This document shows, in pieces, positions 8,565 to 18,143 of a DNA stretch of 64,000 nucleotides (position 1 is its first letter; each line of letters starts with the position of its first letter). The DNA is taken from NCBI GenBank assembly GCA_017609885.1, contig JAFCDB010000001.1, positions 6,732-70,731 on the forward strand, in the 5' to 3' direction. The notes below the pieces were generated by a model that worked only from the letters and a program-made list of their open reading frames with translations, was not told the DNA's origin and ran no database searches. The translations under genes were made by a program, and so were the position numbers. This DNA comes from Candidatus Pacearchaeota archaeon (GTDB lineage: Archaea; Nanobdellota; Nanobdellia; Pacearchaeales; GW2011-AR1).

Positions 8565-8775
8565 AATTTGCTCCTGAATCGACTTTCAGCACGATTCTCC
8601 GCAGAAGAATTCCGCAAATCTTTGGAACAATATTTACTATGATTATAATTTCATTACTCAACTTTTAGAAAACCAAATCTGCAAATCGTTATTGAATTTT
8701 TAGCATTAACTTATTTCCCCAAAATTTTTCCCGAACTCTGAAGGAAAAATTCTTCCTCTTCCCCCAATTCCTACC
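8565..8775. repeat. Intergenic repeat element, copy A (about 75-80% identical to 43495-43775)
   Basis: Shared blocks AATTTGCTCC, TGGAACAATATTTA, AAATCTGCAAATC, TTACTTATTTCCC.AAAATTTTT, AAAAATTCTTCC in the same order in both copies. Confidence 0.5.
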
Positions 8776-8815
8776 AAGTAACAAAATTTATAAATCCTCT
8801 TCCAATCTTATTTTT

Positions 8816-9256
8816 ATGCAAGAAAAATACCGCAAAGCAGTTTTTTTAATTGTTTATCACATTGAAAACAACAAACCAAAATACCTCCTCTTAAAAAGAA
8901 ACCTGCACTGGAAAGGCTGGGAATTTCCAAAAGGCGGAATTGAAAAATCCGAAGATAAAAAACAGGCAATTGTCCGAGAGCTAAAAGAAGAAACTGGTTT
9001 AGTGCCAGTTAGAATTGAAAAACACAAAAAATCAGGAAAATACAAATATGATTTTAAAACAATGCAGGACAGAGATGGACTTGCAGGACAAACCTTCGAC
9101 CTTTATTCTGTTGAAGTAAAAAAAGGAAAAGTTCATATTAATTTAAAGGAGCATAGTGGTTTTCGGTGGGTTAATTTTAGCAAGGCAGTAAAAATGCTGA
9201 CATGGAAAAATCAAGAAAATTGTTTGAAGTTAGTTGATAGTAAATTAAGAAAATAA
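8816..9256 (+). CDS. NUDIX hydrolase
   Basis: Nudix box GGIEKSEDKKQAIVRELKEETGL (GX5EX7REUXEEXGU). Confidence 0.75.
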   Translation: MQEKYRKAVFLIVYHIENNKPKYLLLKRNLHWKGWEFPKGGIEKSEDKKQAIVRELKEETGLVPVRIEKHKKSGKYKYDFKTMQDRDGLAGQTFDLYSVEVKKGKVHINLKEHSGFRWVNFSKAVKMLTWKNQENCLKLVDSKLRK

Positions 9257-9850
9257 TCACTTCCCAACAACCACAATAATATTTGCTCTTGTTTCAATTC
9301 TCTTTAAAATTTTAAAACCTGTTTTTTCTAAAATATTTTTAAATTCTTCATAATCATATAAATAATAATCTCGATAAATTTTTTCATTGTTAATTGTCCA
9401 AGGAACCTTGATATTTTTTGATTTGTTTCTGAATCGTCTTGCTTCTTTGTCCCAAACAGAAATTAATGCCTGGGATTTTGGTTTCAAAACTCTGTATAAT
9501 TCTCTAATTGCTTTTTCTCTTTTTGATTTTTCTTTTATACAGTGGAATGTTGCTATTGAAATTGCAGCGTCGAAAAAATTGTCTTTAAAAGGTAGTTTTA
9601 TTGCATTTGCTTTTATTAGTTTAATATTTAATTTTTCTGCTTTTTCTTTTGCTTGGTCAAGCATTTTTTGTGAAAAATCAACTGCTATAATTTGTCCGTT
9701 TGTTTTTGTGAAATTTCTTCCTGAGCCACAGCCGTGGTCGAGGATTTTTCCAATTTTGTTTTTTAGAAATTTTTTTATGAATTCTGGAGATTGTGTTTTA
9801 TATTTCTGCCATTGTGGTGAAATTTCATCCCAAATTTTTTCTTGGTTCAT
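9257..9850 (-). CDS. Class I SAM-dependent methyltransferase
   Basis: Motif I ILDHGCGSGRNF followed by acidic motif II region (IIAVDFSQKML). Confidence 0.7.
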   Translation of the reverse strand: MNQEKIWDEISPQWQKYKTQSPEFIKKFLKNKIGKILDHGCGSGRNFTKTNGQIIAVDFSQKMLDQAKEKAEKLNIKLIKANAIKLPFKDNFFDAAISIATFHCIKEKSKREKAIRELYRVLKPKSQALISVWDKEARRFRNKSKNIKVPWTINNEKIYRDYYLYDYEEFKNILEKTGFKILKRIETRANIIVVVGK

Positions 9851-9942
9851 TTTTTTAAAAGAAATGGGAGATTAATAAATTGTTCTGTTTATACAATTAG
9901 TATATAGTCACTAAAAAAACTCGTTCATATTTTAGAATGGAT

Positions 9943-10446
9943 TTAATGTATCTCATCCCGAATTGGTCTTGCAACAAAATTTCTCCCATCCAATTCAATA
10001 TACGCTCTTTCTTTTACTTCCTCAGGTTCCAATTTCCATTCAATCAAATTCGCTCGATATAAAACATTTCCCCCTCCATTATTGTTATTTGTAATTGGAT
10101 AATTTTCTATTAATTGAGCTGAACATTCTTCTAAAGTTGTCGGGTAATGCAAGTATGCCTTTTGTGTAAACAAAAAACCATGTTTTTGCCATAATTCCTG
10201 GTAGAATCCTTGAAACCAAAATCTTTTATCAATATTAAACAACTTATTATTTTCTGTAAACATCCACTTTTTAGGAAAACTATTAATATGATTTATACAA
10301 TCAATTAGCTGAAATCTTTTCCCCAAAGGAATTAAGGAATTTTTAGGATGCAAACAAAGATTTCCTAAATCAGAAGTCTTGATTTCTAGTCTAAATTTTG
10401 GAACTCCATATTTTCCTACAAATTTCTTTAAATTAGTTCTTATCAT
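9943..10446 (-). CDS. Hypothetical protein
   Basis: 167-aa ORF; no motif recognised. Confidence 0.35.
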   Translation of the reverse strand: MIRTNLKKFVGKYGVPKFRLEIKTSDLGNLCLHPKNSLIPLGKRFQLIDCINHINSFPKKWMFTENNKLFNIDKRFWFQGFYQELWQKHGFLFTQKAYLHYPTTLEECSAQLIENYPITNNNNGGGNVLYRANLIEWKLEPEEVKERAYIELDGRNFVARPIRDEIH

Positions 10447-10506
10447 TTATTTTTTAGATTACATTAGTTTAAAAGAATTTTTATACTCTTATTTTCCTGT
10501 TTATTT

Positions 10507-11907
10507 ATGCTATTGCCAAAAAAACACGAAGTTCGGAAGCCGACAAAAACACTGTCAGGTGTGACTCCCATAGCTGTAATGGTTTATCCTCGGAAATGTC
10601 CTCATGGCGCCTGCACATACTGTCCAAGTTTAAATGTCCCACAATCCTACACTCCAAAGTCGCCTCCTGTTATCAGAGCAGAAATCTTAAAATACAATCC
10701 AGAAAAACAAGTTAAATCAAGATTAAAAGCTTTCAAATTAATGAATCACCCTACAGACAAAATTGAATTAATTATAATGGGAGGAACATTTCTTTCATAT
10801 CCATTAAAATATCAAAAGAATTTTGTGAAGAAATGTTATGATGCTTTAAATGGACAAGATTCTAGAAATTTAGAACAGGCGAAAAGATTAAATGAAAAAG
10901 CAAAGCATCGATGTGTTGCTCTCTGCATTGAAACCCGCCCGGATTTTGCAAGTGAAAAACATATTAAGAATTGTTTGGAATTTGGAGCAACCCGTGTAGA
11001 ATTAGGAGTGCAGGCAATTGATGATGAAATTTATAAGAAAGTAAATCGAGGGCATACTGTAAAAGATGTCATTGAAGCAACAAAGCGGCTGAAAAATGCA
11101 GGATTTAAAGTCGGCTACCATATGATGCCAGGACTTCCTGGAAGTAGCATGAAAAAAGATTTGGCAATGTTTAAAGAAATATTTTCAAATCTTGATTTTA
11201 AGCCAGACCAATTAAAAATTTATCCTTGCCAAGTTATTAAGGGTTCAAAATTAGAAAAAGATTTTAAGAAAAATAAATTCCATCCCTACACTCAGGAAAA
11301 AATCCTAAAACTACTCATTGAAATTTTTAAAATTATTCCAGAATATTGCAGGGTGATGAGAATTATGAGAGAGCTGCCTCCGGAATTTATAATTGCAGGA
11401 ACAACAAGAATAAGTTTAAGAAAAGATTTAGATGAATTTCTAAGAAAAAACAAATCCTCAATAAAAGAAATAAGATTCAGGGAAATTGGATTTGCATTGC
11501 AAAGAAGAAAAAAAATAAATCCAAAATATAAAATAAAAATTTTAAGATACAATGCATTAGGAGGAAAAGAATTTTTCATTCAGGCAGTTAACAAAGAAAA
11601 TATTTTATTTGGACTTTTGCGATTGAGAATTCCTGAAAAAACTTTTATTCCTGAGCTGAAAAACTGCGCTTTAATCAGAGAATTGCATGTTTATGGACAG
11701 GCTCTTGCGTTGGGTAAAAGAGGAAAAGGAATTGGACAGCATCGAGGAATTGGGAAGGAGTTAATGGAGGTTGCTGAGGAAATTATTGAAAAGGAAGACA
11801 GAGAAAAAATTGCTGTTATTTCTGGAGTAGGTGCAAGAAATTATTATAGAAAGTTGGGATATAAATTAAGTGGAAACTATATGATAAAAAAATTAAAGAA
11901 AAAGTAA
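10507..11907 (+). CDS. elp3: Elp3-like tRNA uridine(34) carboxymethyl/acetyltransferase (radical SAM plus GNAT)
   Basis: N-terminal SGVTPIAVMVYPRKCPHGACTYCPS radical-SAM cluster region; C-terminal LIRELHVYGQALALG...IAVISGVGARNYYRKLGYKLSGNYMIK matches the Elp3 KAT domain. Confidence 0.8.
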   Translation: MLLPKKHEVRKPTKTLSGVTPIAVMVYPRKCPHGACTYCPSLNVPQSYTPKSPPVIRAEILKYNPEKQVKSRLKAFKLMNHPTDKIELIIMGGTFLSYPLKYQKNFVKKCYDALNGQDSRNLEQAKRLNEKAKHRCVALCIETRPDFASEKHIKNCLEFGATRVELGVQAIDDEIYKKVNRGHTVKDVIEATKRLKNAGFKVGYHMMPGLPGSSMKKDLAMFKEIFSNLDFKPDQLKIYPCQVIKGSKLEKDFKKNKFHPYTQEKILKLLIEIFKIIPEYCRVMRIMRELPPEFIIAGTTRISLRKDLDEFLRKNKSSIKEIRFREIGFALQRRKKINPKYKIKILRYNALGGKEFFIQAVNKENILFGLLRLRIPEKTFIPELKNCALIRELHVYGQALALGKRGKGIGQHRGIGKELMEVAEEIIEKEDREKIAVISGVGARNYYRKLGYKLSGNYMIKKLKKK

Positions 11908-11916
11908 GGTAAAAAA

Positions 11917-12435
11917 TTAAGGTGTTATTTCTTCAATCATTGAGTCAGCTATTGGGCATTCGTTTCCATCAATTATAGGGTATATCTCTATTAAATATTG
12001 TCCTGTTTGGAAATTGATACAATTTCCAGTAGTGCAATCAGGGTCCTGAGTGTTGTCAGCATTTAAGTCTGTATTAAATCGGATTTTCTCCATTTTCTTT
12101 GTCTCTCCAACATTTGGGATATTTGAACTTTCTAATCTTGTTCCTATAATTGTTCCATCTGTATCTTTTGCTCTAAATAATATTGAATTTACTGTGGAAT
12201 CTCCTGATGTTTTCTTTAGACTAAATTCTAATCTATATGGGCCATTACTTTCAATTCCTTCAATAGTAAATCGATTATTAATACAAGCTAATGGATCTTC
12301 ATCTTCTGGAACACTGTTCTTGATATAATTAAGAACTATTCCTCCCAAGATTATAATTGCTGCAATGACTATAACAATCATAAGAACTGTAGCAATTATA
12401 CTTGACACTCCTCTTTTATCTTTTTTCATTTTCAC
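11917..12435 (-). CDS. Archaeal type IV pilin-like protein (class III signal peptide)
   Basis: N-terminus MKMKKDKRGVSSIIATVLMIVIVIAAIIIL is a canonical archaeal prepilin (KRG/VSS cleavage context followed by a hydrophobic helix). Confidence 0.6.
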   Translation of the reverse strand: MKMKKDKRGVSSIIATVLMIVIVIAAIIILGGIVLNYIKNSVPEDEDPLACINNRFTIEGIESNGPYRLEFSLKKTSGDSTVNSILFRAKDTDGTIIGTRLESSNIPNVGETKKMEKIRFNTDLNADNTQDPDCTTGNCINFQTGQYLIEIYPIIDGNECPIADSMIEEITP

Positions 12436-12505
12436 CCCCTTTCATTTGTATAATAGGAAATTTATTCCTTAACAACTATTAGATTTTTAATTATTTAAAT
12501 GTTTC

Positions 12506-14164
12506 TTACTCATGCGCAAACCAAAAAATATATTGGCCCTTGTTTTTTCCATCGAATTTGCAAAATCCAAATCTTTCAAATTGTATAATTTCTCCTTTCT
12601 TCAATTCTTTAATACTTTCCTCTGCAAATCCCTCGCTCCAGTTCCCATCAGGCATTAAAATTCTCGCATTTACTTTTTTAGATACCCAGTGAATTTTCTG
12701 TATTTTTGAATTAATTTCATGCGAAGTAAAAACTGAATTCTTATCTAATTTCAAATTATACAAATGCATCAATCGAATTTCTTTTCCCTTAAATTTATTG
12801 AAATCTTTCAAAGCAACAAAAATTTCTTTTCTTAATTTCAATTCCTTGAGTTCGTCACTTTCTGGCAAAACTCTGACAAATTTTTCTTTTATTTCTGGCG
12901 CATTTTCAATTTGTATTTCTACAGGATTTTCAACAAAGAAAAATCTTTTCGCAACTTTATCTAATTTTCTCCTGTTAATTGCATACAAATCATCAATTGG
13001 AATAGTTATATCTTTTTGAGTCAATCCAATTTTTTCAACAAATTTTCTAATTGAAGAAGTTAAAATCCCTCTTCTTGCTAAACTCTGCACACTCCAAGTC
13101 CGAGGGTCATCCCACCCCAAATATTTTCCGCTTTTCACTTCTTTCTGTGATTTGCTCTTTGCTAATTTCCCAACTCCTCCAACTTTCATCATTCCATTGT
13201 AAATAAACTGCGGCTTTTTCCATTTGAAAATATCCCAAATATATTCCTGCATTTTTCCTTCAATCATTAAATCCTTTCCCCTAATAATGTGCGTTACACC
13301 AAGTAGGTGATCATCAATTGCCCAGGAAAATTCCAACAACGGCCAAACACGGTATTTCCTTTTTTTTCTTGGGTGTGGACGGTCAGAAATTCTTAGTAAA
13401 ACTCTGTCTCTAAAAGCAGGGTCAGGGTCCTGCATTGAAGTTTTAATTCTTAAAGTGTAATCTCCAGGTTTTGCCTTGAACATCTTCTTCCATTTTTTCA
13501 ATTGCTCTTTAACATTAAACTGCCGGCAAGAACATTCTCGTCTTTTCAATCTGTTTTCTCTTATTTCTTTTTGACTGCAAGAACAAACATACGCTACATC
13601 TTTTTTTATTAGTTGCTTTGCATATTTGTAATAAATTTCTAATCTGTCAGATTTGTAAATGATGGGTTTTTTGTATTTTATGTCGAGATAATTAAATGCT
13701 TCGGGGATTAGTTTGTATGCTTCTTTAACAATTTGTTTTTCTTCACTGCCAATTGTATCATCGATAACAAGTAAAATTTTTCCCTTGTATTTTTCAGCAT
13801 AAAGGACATTTAGCAAAAACGTCCGCGCGTTTCCAATATGAATACTCCCTGAAGGAAAAGGCGACAGGCGAAAAACAGGTTTTCCACTTACTTTTGAGAG
13901 GTCTTTTAGTCCTAATTCTTCTTTTTTGTGCTCTTTTACAAATTTTTTATATTTTTCAAACATTTGCATTTTCTCTTCTTTAGAAAGTGAATTAACTTTT
14001 TCAACTATTTCATTTACCTTCGGCATAATTTCAGGAATACTTTCTTTTTCCAAATCGTGCTGAAAAAGTTTTGGCAAGACAACTGATGGTTTTGCCTCAC
14101 CAAATGTAATTGCATTTTCCAAAGAATATGCATAAATTTCATTTTCAAATAATTTTTTTGACAT
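12506..14164 (-). CDS. gltX: Glutamyl-tRNA synthetase (archaeal non-discriminating type)
   Basis: FRLSPFPSGSIHIGNARTFLLN (HIGH variant HIGN), 552 aa, class I Glx-RS architecture. Confidence 0.8.
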   Translation of the reverse strand: MSKKLFENEIYAYSLENAITFGEAKPSVVLPKLFQHDLEKESIPEIMPKVNEIVEKVNSLSKEEKMQMFEKYKKFVKEHKKEELGLKDLSKVSGKPVFRLSPFPSGSIHIGNARTFLLNVLYAEKYKGKILLVIDDTIGSEEKQIVKEAYKLIPEAFNYLDIKYKKPIIYKSDRLEIYYKYAKQLIKKDVAYVCSCSQKEIRENRLKRRECSCRQFNVKEQLKKWKKMFKAKPGDYTLRIKTSMQDPDPAFRDRVLLRISDRPHPRKKRKYRVWPLLEFSWAIDDHLLGVTHIIRGKDLMIEGKMQEYIWDIFKWKKPQFIYNGMMKVGGVGKLAKSKSQKEVKSGKYLGWDDPRTWSVQSLARRGILTSSIRKFVEKIGLTQKDITIPIDDLYAINRRKLDKVAKRFFFVENPVEIQIENAPEIKEKFVRVLPESDELKELKLRKEIFVALKDFNKFKGKEIRLMHLYNLKLDKNSVFTSHEINSKIQKIHWVSKKVNARILMPDGNWSEGFAEESIKELKKGEIIQFERFGFCKFDGKNKGQYIFWFAHE

Positions 14165-14319
14165 AATATTTACAAGAGAAGACTATTAATAAATGTTAGG
14201 ATTATTGTTTTCAACAACATCTAAATGCAAAATCATAAATTATCTGTCGCCACAAATCTTTTTTATAAATACTAATTAAAGACTCAAAATGATTTTTAGA
14301 ATATTTTCTTTTAATGTTT

Positions 14320-14514
14320 TTATTTCCCAAGTTTCACGCCAAGTTCTTCAAGTCTTTTTCCATGCGCTTGCATTATCTGTTCAACAAGCTGAATCATTTT
14401 AACTAACTCGTTTCTTTCATTTACCAGTGTATTAATTGCGCCCTTATGAAATCCAATTTCTTCTTCCTTTGGCATTTGAGGTTGTTCTGATTTTTTAGTT
14501 GCCATATTTTTCAT
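14320..14514 (-). CDS. Small hypothetical coiled-coil protein
   Basis: 64-aa ORF, helical heptad-like C-terminal half; co-directional with 14538..14933. Confidence 0.3.
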   Translation of the reverse strand: MKNMATKKSEQPQMPKEEEIGFHKGAINTLVNERNELVKMIQLVEQIMQAHGKRLEELGVKLGK

Positions 14515-14537
14515 AGAATAAGTAAGTTAATAAACTT

Positions 14538-14933
14538 TTATATCCCACGATTCTCGAATCTATCAATCTTCTTTTCCAAAAGCTCAATCCTTTGTATTAA
14601 TCTATAAATCTCATTTGCATTTTCCTCAATTTTGCCTGTAACTCCGCGCATTTTAGTTTTCAGCTCAGAAATTTCACTTACCTGTGTCACAACATTTGTT
14701 GATGGAGAAGTTGAAGTTGAGGGCTTTGAAAGAAAGTCAAGCATTCCATCTGAACTTGCAGGTTTTACAGATTGAAGATTTGCATTTGACAAATCTACTG
14801 TGTCACTTTGGGGCATTTTTTCACCCCGCAAATCAACAGCATCTCCTATCACTCTAAAATCTCTTTTTGGAATAACTGCATTCGGCATTTTCGTAAAATC
14901 AACTGTTCTCTGCCTCTTTTTGAATAATTTCAT
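14538..14933 (-). CDS. Hypothetical protein with S/T-rich linker and C-terminal coiled coil
   Basis: 131 aa; ...SEISELKTKMRGVTGKIEENANEIYRLIQRIELLEKKIDRFENRGI. Confidence 0.4.
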   Translation of the reverse strand: MKLFKKRQRTVDFTKMPNAVIPKRDFRVIGDAVDLRGEKMPQSDTVDLSNANLQSVKPASSDGMLDFLSKPSTSTSPSTNVVTQVSEISELKTKMRGVTGKIEENANEIYRLIQRIELLEKKIDRFENRGI

Positions 14934-14948
14934 GATTTAATCAAGTTA

Positions 14949-15251
14949 ATGGAACTTTTAAGTTTTTTGATGATAAAAAATAGCATAAAAATTTATAACT
15001 ATAAAAATCAATATAAGATTATGAGAAGAGTCAGAGTAGTCACAAGGAAAAACCCAATTAATAACGAAGAAGTTATTGGAACTCTTTATCATGGAAAACT
15101 ATTCCTGAAAGAAGTTGATAGAGGAGATTTAGAAGCAGGCAGAGTTAACAGCAATGTAATAAAATTAAGAGACCAAATCGCAGATTACCACCTCTTTATG
15201 TTTTGCAGAAACATTTCTTTAAGTGAAATCTCTACAACAACCAAATATTAA
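14949..15251 (+). CDS. Hypothetical small protein (true start possibly the internal MRRVRVV...)
   Basis: 100-aa ORF overlapping the start of 15223..16695 by 29 nt. Confidence 0.25.
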   Translation: MELLSFLMIKNSIKIYNYKNQYKIMRRVRVVTRKNPINNEEVIGTLYHGKLFLKEVDRGDLEAGRVNSNVIKLRDQIADYHLFMFCRNISLSEISTTTKY

Positions 15252-16695
15252 AAGCGAAACTTTAAATAATTCCCCAACCATCTATCTAAGTAAAATGGCA
15301 GAGGAAATTAAAACAATTATAGAAGATGTTCTGAAAAAGACAAATAAAGGGGATTGGCCTGCTCAAAGCCACGAGCTTGTCTACGACTCTTCTTCAGAAA
15401 CTCTTGAACCTGTGTATTTCTGGGTGTTGGATATGGCAAATAGTTTATTTGGTGGCAAGGTTGAAAAACTTGTTGATAATTTTACTTCAAGTCCTGGAAG
15501 CGGACATTTTGCAGAATTTGGGCAGAGAAAATCAATCATGCAAAAAAATGTCACAGAATCAATGGGGACGATAAACACTGTTTTGAAAAGTATTATCAAC
15601 TTAATTTATGACTTGAAAGATTTTGAAATTCGATTAGGACATTATGATGCTGTAAAATCTGAAAATAAGGAAGAAAAAGAAGCTGGGTTGTTGGCATTGA
15701 AACAAATTTGGATGGATAATGTTGATATTAAGCGAGGAAGAGGTTCTATAAACATGATGGCTCAGGATTTGAATTTTGTTACTCTCAGAGATGGATTTAT
15801 GTATGCTAATTCGATAAAAGATATTGATGAGATGGATTTGAATGACAGGGTGAAACGGGTTTTGAAGCCGCGGCTTGATGAATTTTTGTATTGGAAAGAT
15901 TCAAGTGAGGCAGAGTTGAGAAAAAGATTTGCAATTGAGAAAAATTATCTTCGTTCTCAGGTAAATTCTTTGCAATTATATTCACGGTGGGTAAAACCTT
16001 ACTTAAAATCAGCATCTGAACTTGAAATGGAAGAGCAGGGAAGAAATCCAGAACTTGTAAAAACATTTAATACGATTCTTTTGCAATTAACCTTAATTGG
16101 AAAAGATGAATTTGATGTTAAGGAAGCAACAAGAACAGCTGAACTTCCAACAGAGCTGAAAATTCCAAAAAGAAAATACTACTCAGTTGTTTTAATTGAT
16201 TTTAGATTTCGGGGAATTCCAATAAAACAAGGGCAGCACTTTCTTTTAGGAGGAAAAGCAACTGTTAATTTTAATGCTTATGCTTTAAATGAAGAAGAAC
16301 TAAAAATTCTTGAGCAGAATTTGAAAAAATCAGATGTCGAAGATGCGTTGAAATTAATTGAAGGTGCAACAACAGAAAGCTTGGATGAATTGAAAAAGGA
16401 TTTGGACCATTACTTAGAAGATGATAAGGAAGCAAATGAAGAGGAGAAAAAGAAAAAAAAGTCTGAGGACACAAATCCATTCAGCGCTTTGTTTGGTTCT
16501 TTATTTAAGAAAAAAGAAGAGAAAGATAAAAAAGAAGAGAAAGAAATTGAGCTGAAGAAAATTAAAAAAGATAATTATGCTGAGAGGCTTGTCAGGGCGC
16601 TTGCAGCTGCAGATGCTGCTAATAAATGCTTCACAATTTATGATGTTTACAAAAAAGCGCATGGCATGGCATCGCATGACAATCCTTTTGAATAA
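15223..16695 (+). CDS. Large hypothetical protein with K/E-rich C-terminal region
   Basis: 490-aa ORF; no recognisable catalytic motif; C-terminal EEKKKKKSEDTNPFSALFGSLFKKKEEKDKKEEKEIELKK. Confidence 0.45.
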   Translation: MKSLQQPNIKSETLNNSPTIYLSKMAEEIKTIIEDVLKKTNKGDWPAQSHELVYDSSSETLEPVYFWVLDMANSLFGGKVEKLVDNFTSSPGSGHFAEFGQRKSIMQKNVTESMGTINTVLKSIINLIYDLKDFEIRLGHYDAVKSENKEEKEAGLLALKQIWMDNVDIKRGRGSINMMAQDLNFVTLRDGFMYANSIKDIDEMDLNDRVKRVLKPRLDEFLYWKDSSEAELRKRFAIEKNYLRSQVNSLQLYSRWVKPYLKSASELEMEEQGRNPELVKTFNTILLQLTLIGKDEFDVKEATRTAELPTELKIPKRKYYSVVLIDFRFRGIPIKQGQHFLLGGKATVNFNAYALNEEELKILEQNLKKSDVEDALKLIEGATTESLDELKKDLDHYLEDDKEANEEEKKKKKSEDTNPFSALFGSLFKKKEEKDKKEEKEIELKKIKKDNYAERLVRALAAADAANKCFTIYDVYKKAHGMASHDNPFE

Positions 16696-16734
16696 TACAA
16701 AAACATTTTTATAACTAATTATCTTAAATGATTC

Positions 16735-17130
16735 ATGGAAGAGGCAATAGAACAATACCTTGGTTCTTTGAAGTGGACATTTTTCCTTATTGGAATTTTC
16801 GCAACAATAGCTTACAGAATAATCATCGTCCTTAACTTCTATAGTCCTCTCTGGGTGAAAATTGCTTGGTACACAGGAACAATCGGCTTTGTCCTTTACT
16901 TCGGCTACCTTTACACACTCCAATCTCGCAGATCAACTTTAGCAATAGAAAACAATCTTCTCGAAGCTGTCAAAAAAACAAAAGATATAAAAGGAAAACA
17001 AAAACATGCCCTTGAGTACATTATAAAATCAAACGCAACATCAAAAGCAAAATACAATTCTGCAGTAATCTTTGTCTTATCAGTACTTGCCTTATTAGTA
17101 GGGATTGTTTTAGATTTATTAGGAATTTAA
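16735..17130 (+). CDS. Hypothetical membrane protein (3-4 TM helices)
   Basis: 131 aa, hydrophobic segments FFLIGIFATIAY, IGFVLYFGYLY, VIFVLSVLALLVGIVL. Confidence 0.4.
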   Translation: MEEAIEQYLGSLKWTFFLIGIFATIAYRIIIVLNFYSPLWVKIAWYTGTIGFVLYFGYLYTLQSRRSTLAIENNLLEAVKKTKDIKGKQKHALEYIIKSNATSKAKYNSAVIFVLSVLALLVGIVLDLLGI

Positions 17131-17672
17131 TTGCAACACTCGCAGTTTTCATCAAAACACATGCACTCAGGTTCGTAATATTCCCTTGCATGTTTGCAAC
17201 TTGGACAAACTGCCGGAGGTTCAGTTCCCTCGTGAATATAACCGCACTTTGAACATTTCCATTTTATGGGCTTATCTCTTTTCCATACAGTTCTTTTTTC
17301 AACCATTTCCAAAAGTTTCTTATATCTTTCTTCATGGTTTTTTTCAACTTCTGCAATTTCTTTAAACAATTTCACAGCCTCATGATTTCCTTCTTCTTCT
17401 GCATCTTTTTGCATCTGTGGATACATTTCTGTGTTTTCATAATGCTCGCCTTCAATCGCCGCCTTTAAATTTTCTTTTGTGCCACCAATTCCTTTCAAAA
17501 ACTTGAACTCATCTTTTGCATGCTGCTTTTCATTTTCTGCTGTTTCTTCAAAAATTTTCGCAATGTAATGAAACCCCTGCTTTCGCGCAACTTTTGCAAA
17601 ATAATCATACTTATTCCTTGCCTGCGACTCTCCTGAAAACGCAGTTTTTAAATTTTCCTCTGTTTTTGTCAT
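17127..17672 (-). CDS. rbr: Rubrerythrin
   Basis: Ferritin-like E..H repeats (EKQHAKDE..., EVEKNHEERY) plus C-terminal rubredoxin-like CSKCGYIHEG...CPSCKH. Confidence 0.8.
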   Translation of the reverse strand: MTKTEENLKTAFSGESQARNKYDYFAKVARKQGFHYIAKIFEETAENEKQHAKDEFKFLKGIGGTKENLKAAIEGEHYENTEMYPQMQKDAEEEGNHEAVKLFKEIAEVEKNHEERYKKLLEMVEKRTVWKRDKPIKWKCSKCGYIHEGTEPPAVCPSCKHAREYYEPECMCFDENCECCN

Positions 17673-17698
17673 TTTATTTTTTTATTTAAAATTTCAGA

Positions 17699-17914
17699 TT
17701 ATTTTTCTTTTCCTTTAAATTCTGTATATCTACAGTTTCCGCAATATAATCTGTCCTTGATGTCCATTAAGAAAATTCCTGGGCCGCATCTTGGACAGGT
17801 TTTCCCTCGGATAATTTTATCTCCTTCAATTTGATATTTTGTATATTTCCTGCTGGTTGGTTTATTTTTGTGAGGTTTTTTTCCTTTTTTCTCAGTTTTC
17901 TTTTTCTTTACCAT
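17699..17914 (-). CDS. rps27ae: Ribosomal protein S27ae (eS31)
   Basis: 71 aa basic; C4 zinc knuckle CPRCGPGIFLMDIKDRLYCGNC; immediately downstream of S24e, as in the conserved archaeal operon. Confidence 0.75.
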   Translation of the reverse strand: MVKKKKTEKKGKKPHKNKPTSRKYTKYQIEGDKIIRGKTCPRCGPGIFLMDIKDRLYCGNCRYTEFKGKEK

Positions 17915-17915
17915 T

Positions 17916-18143
17916 TTATCTTTGTCCTAAGTAAATCGCAGCTTCTCGCAATGCATTAACCCTTTCATCACCTTGATAATATATTTCTTCAAATCTTGCT
18001 CTTTGTTCTTGCTGAACTTCTGCAGACGGGGCATCTCTATTTTCAAAAGCATTCCAACAATAGCAGCTTGAAATTCCGACTGCTAAAAATATTGTGATAA
18101 GTCCGGCAATTGACAAATAATCTTTAGAAATTCTTTCATTCAT
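17916..18143 (-). CDS. Small membrane protein; start taken at the ATG preceded by GGAGGT
   Basis: ORF-track ORF 17916..18236; internal start MNERISKDYLSIAGLITIFLAVGI has a GGAGGT SD 8 nt upstream and overlaps the S24e stop in ATGAATGA. Confidence 0.35.
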   Translation of the reverse strand: MNERISKDYLSIAGLITIFLAVGISSCYCWNAFENRDAPSAEVQQEQRARFEEIYYQGDERVNALREAAIYLGQR

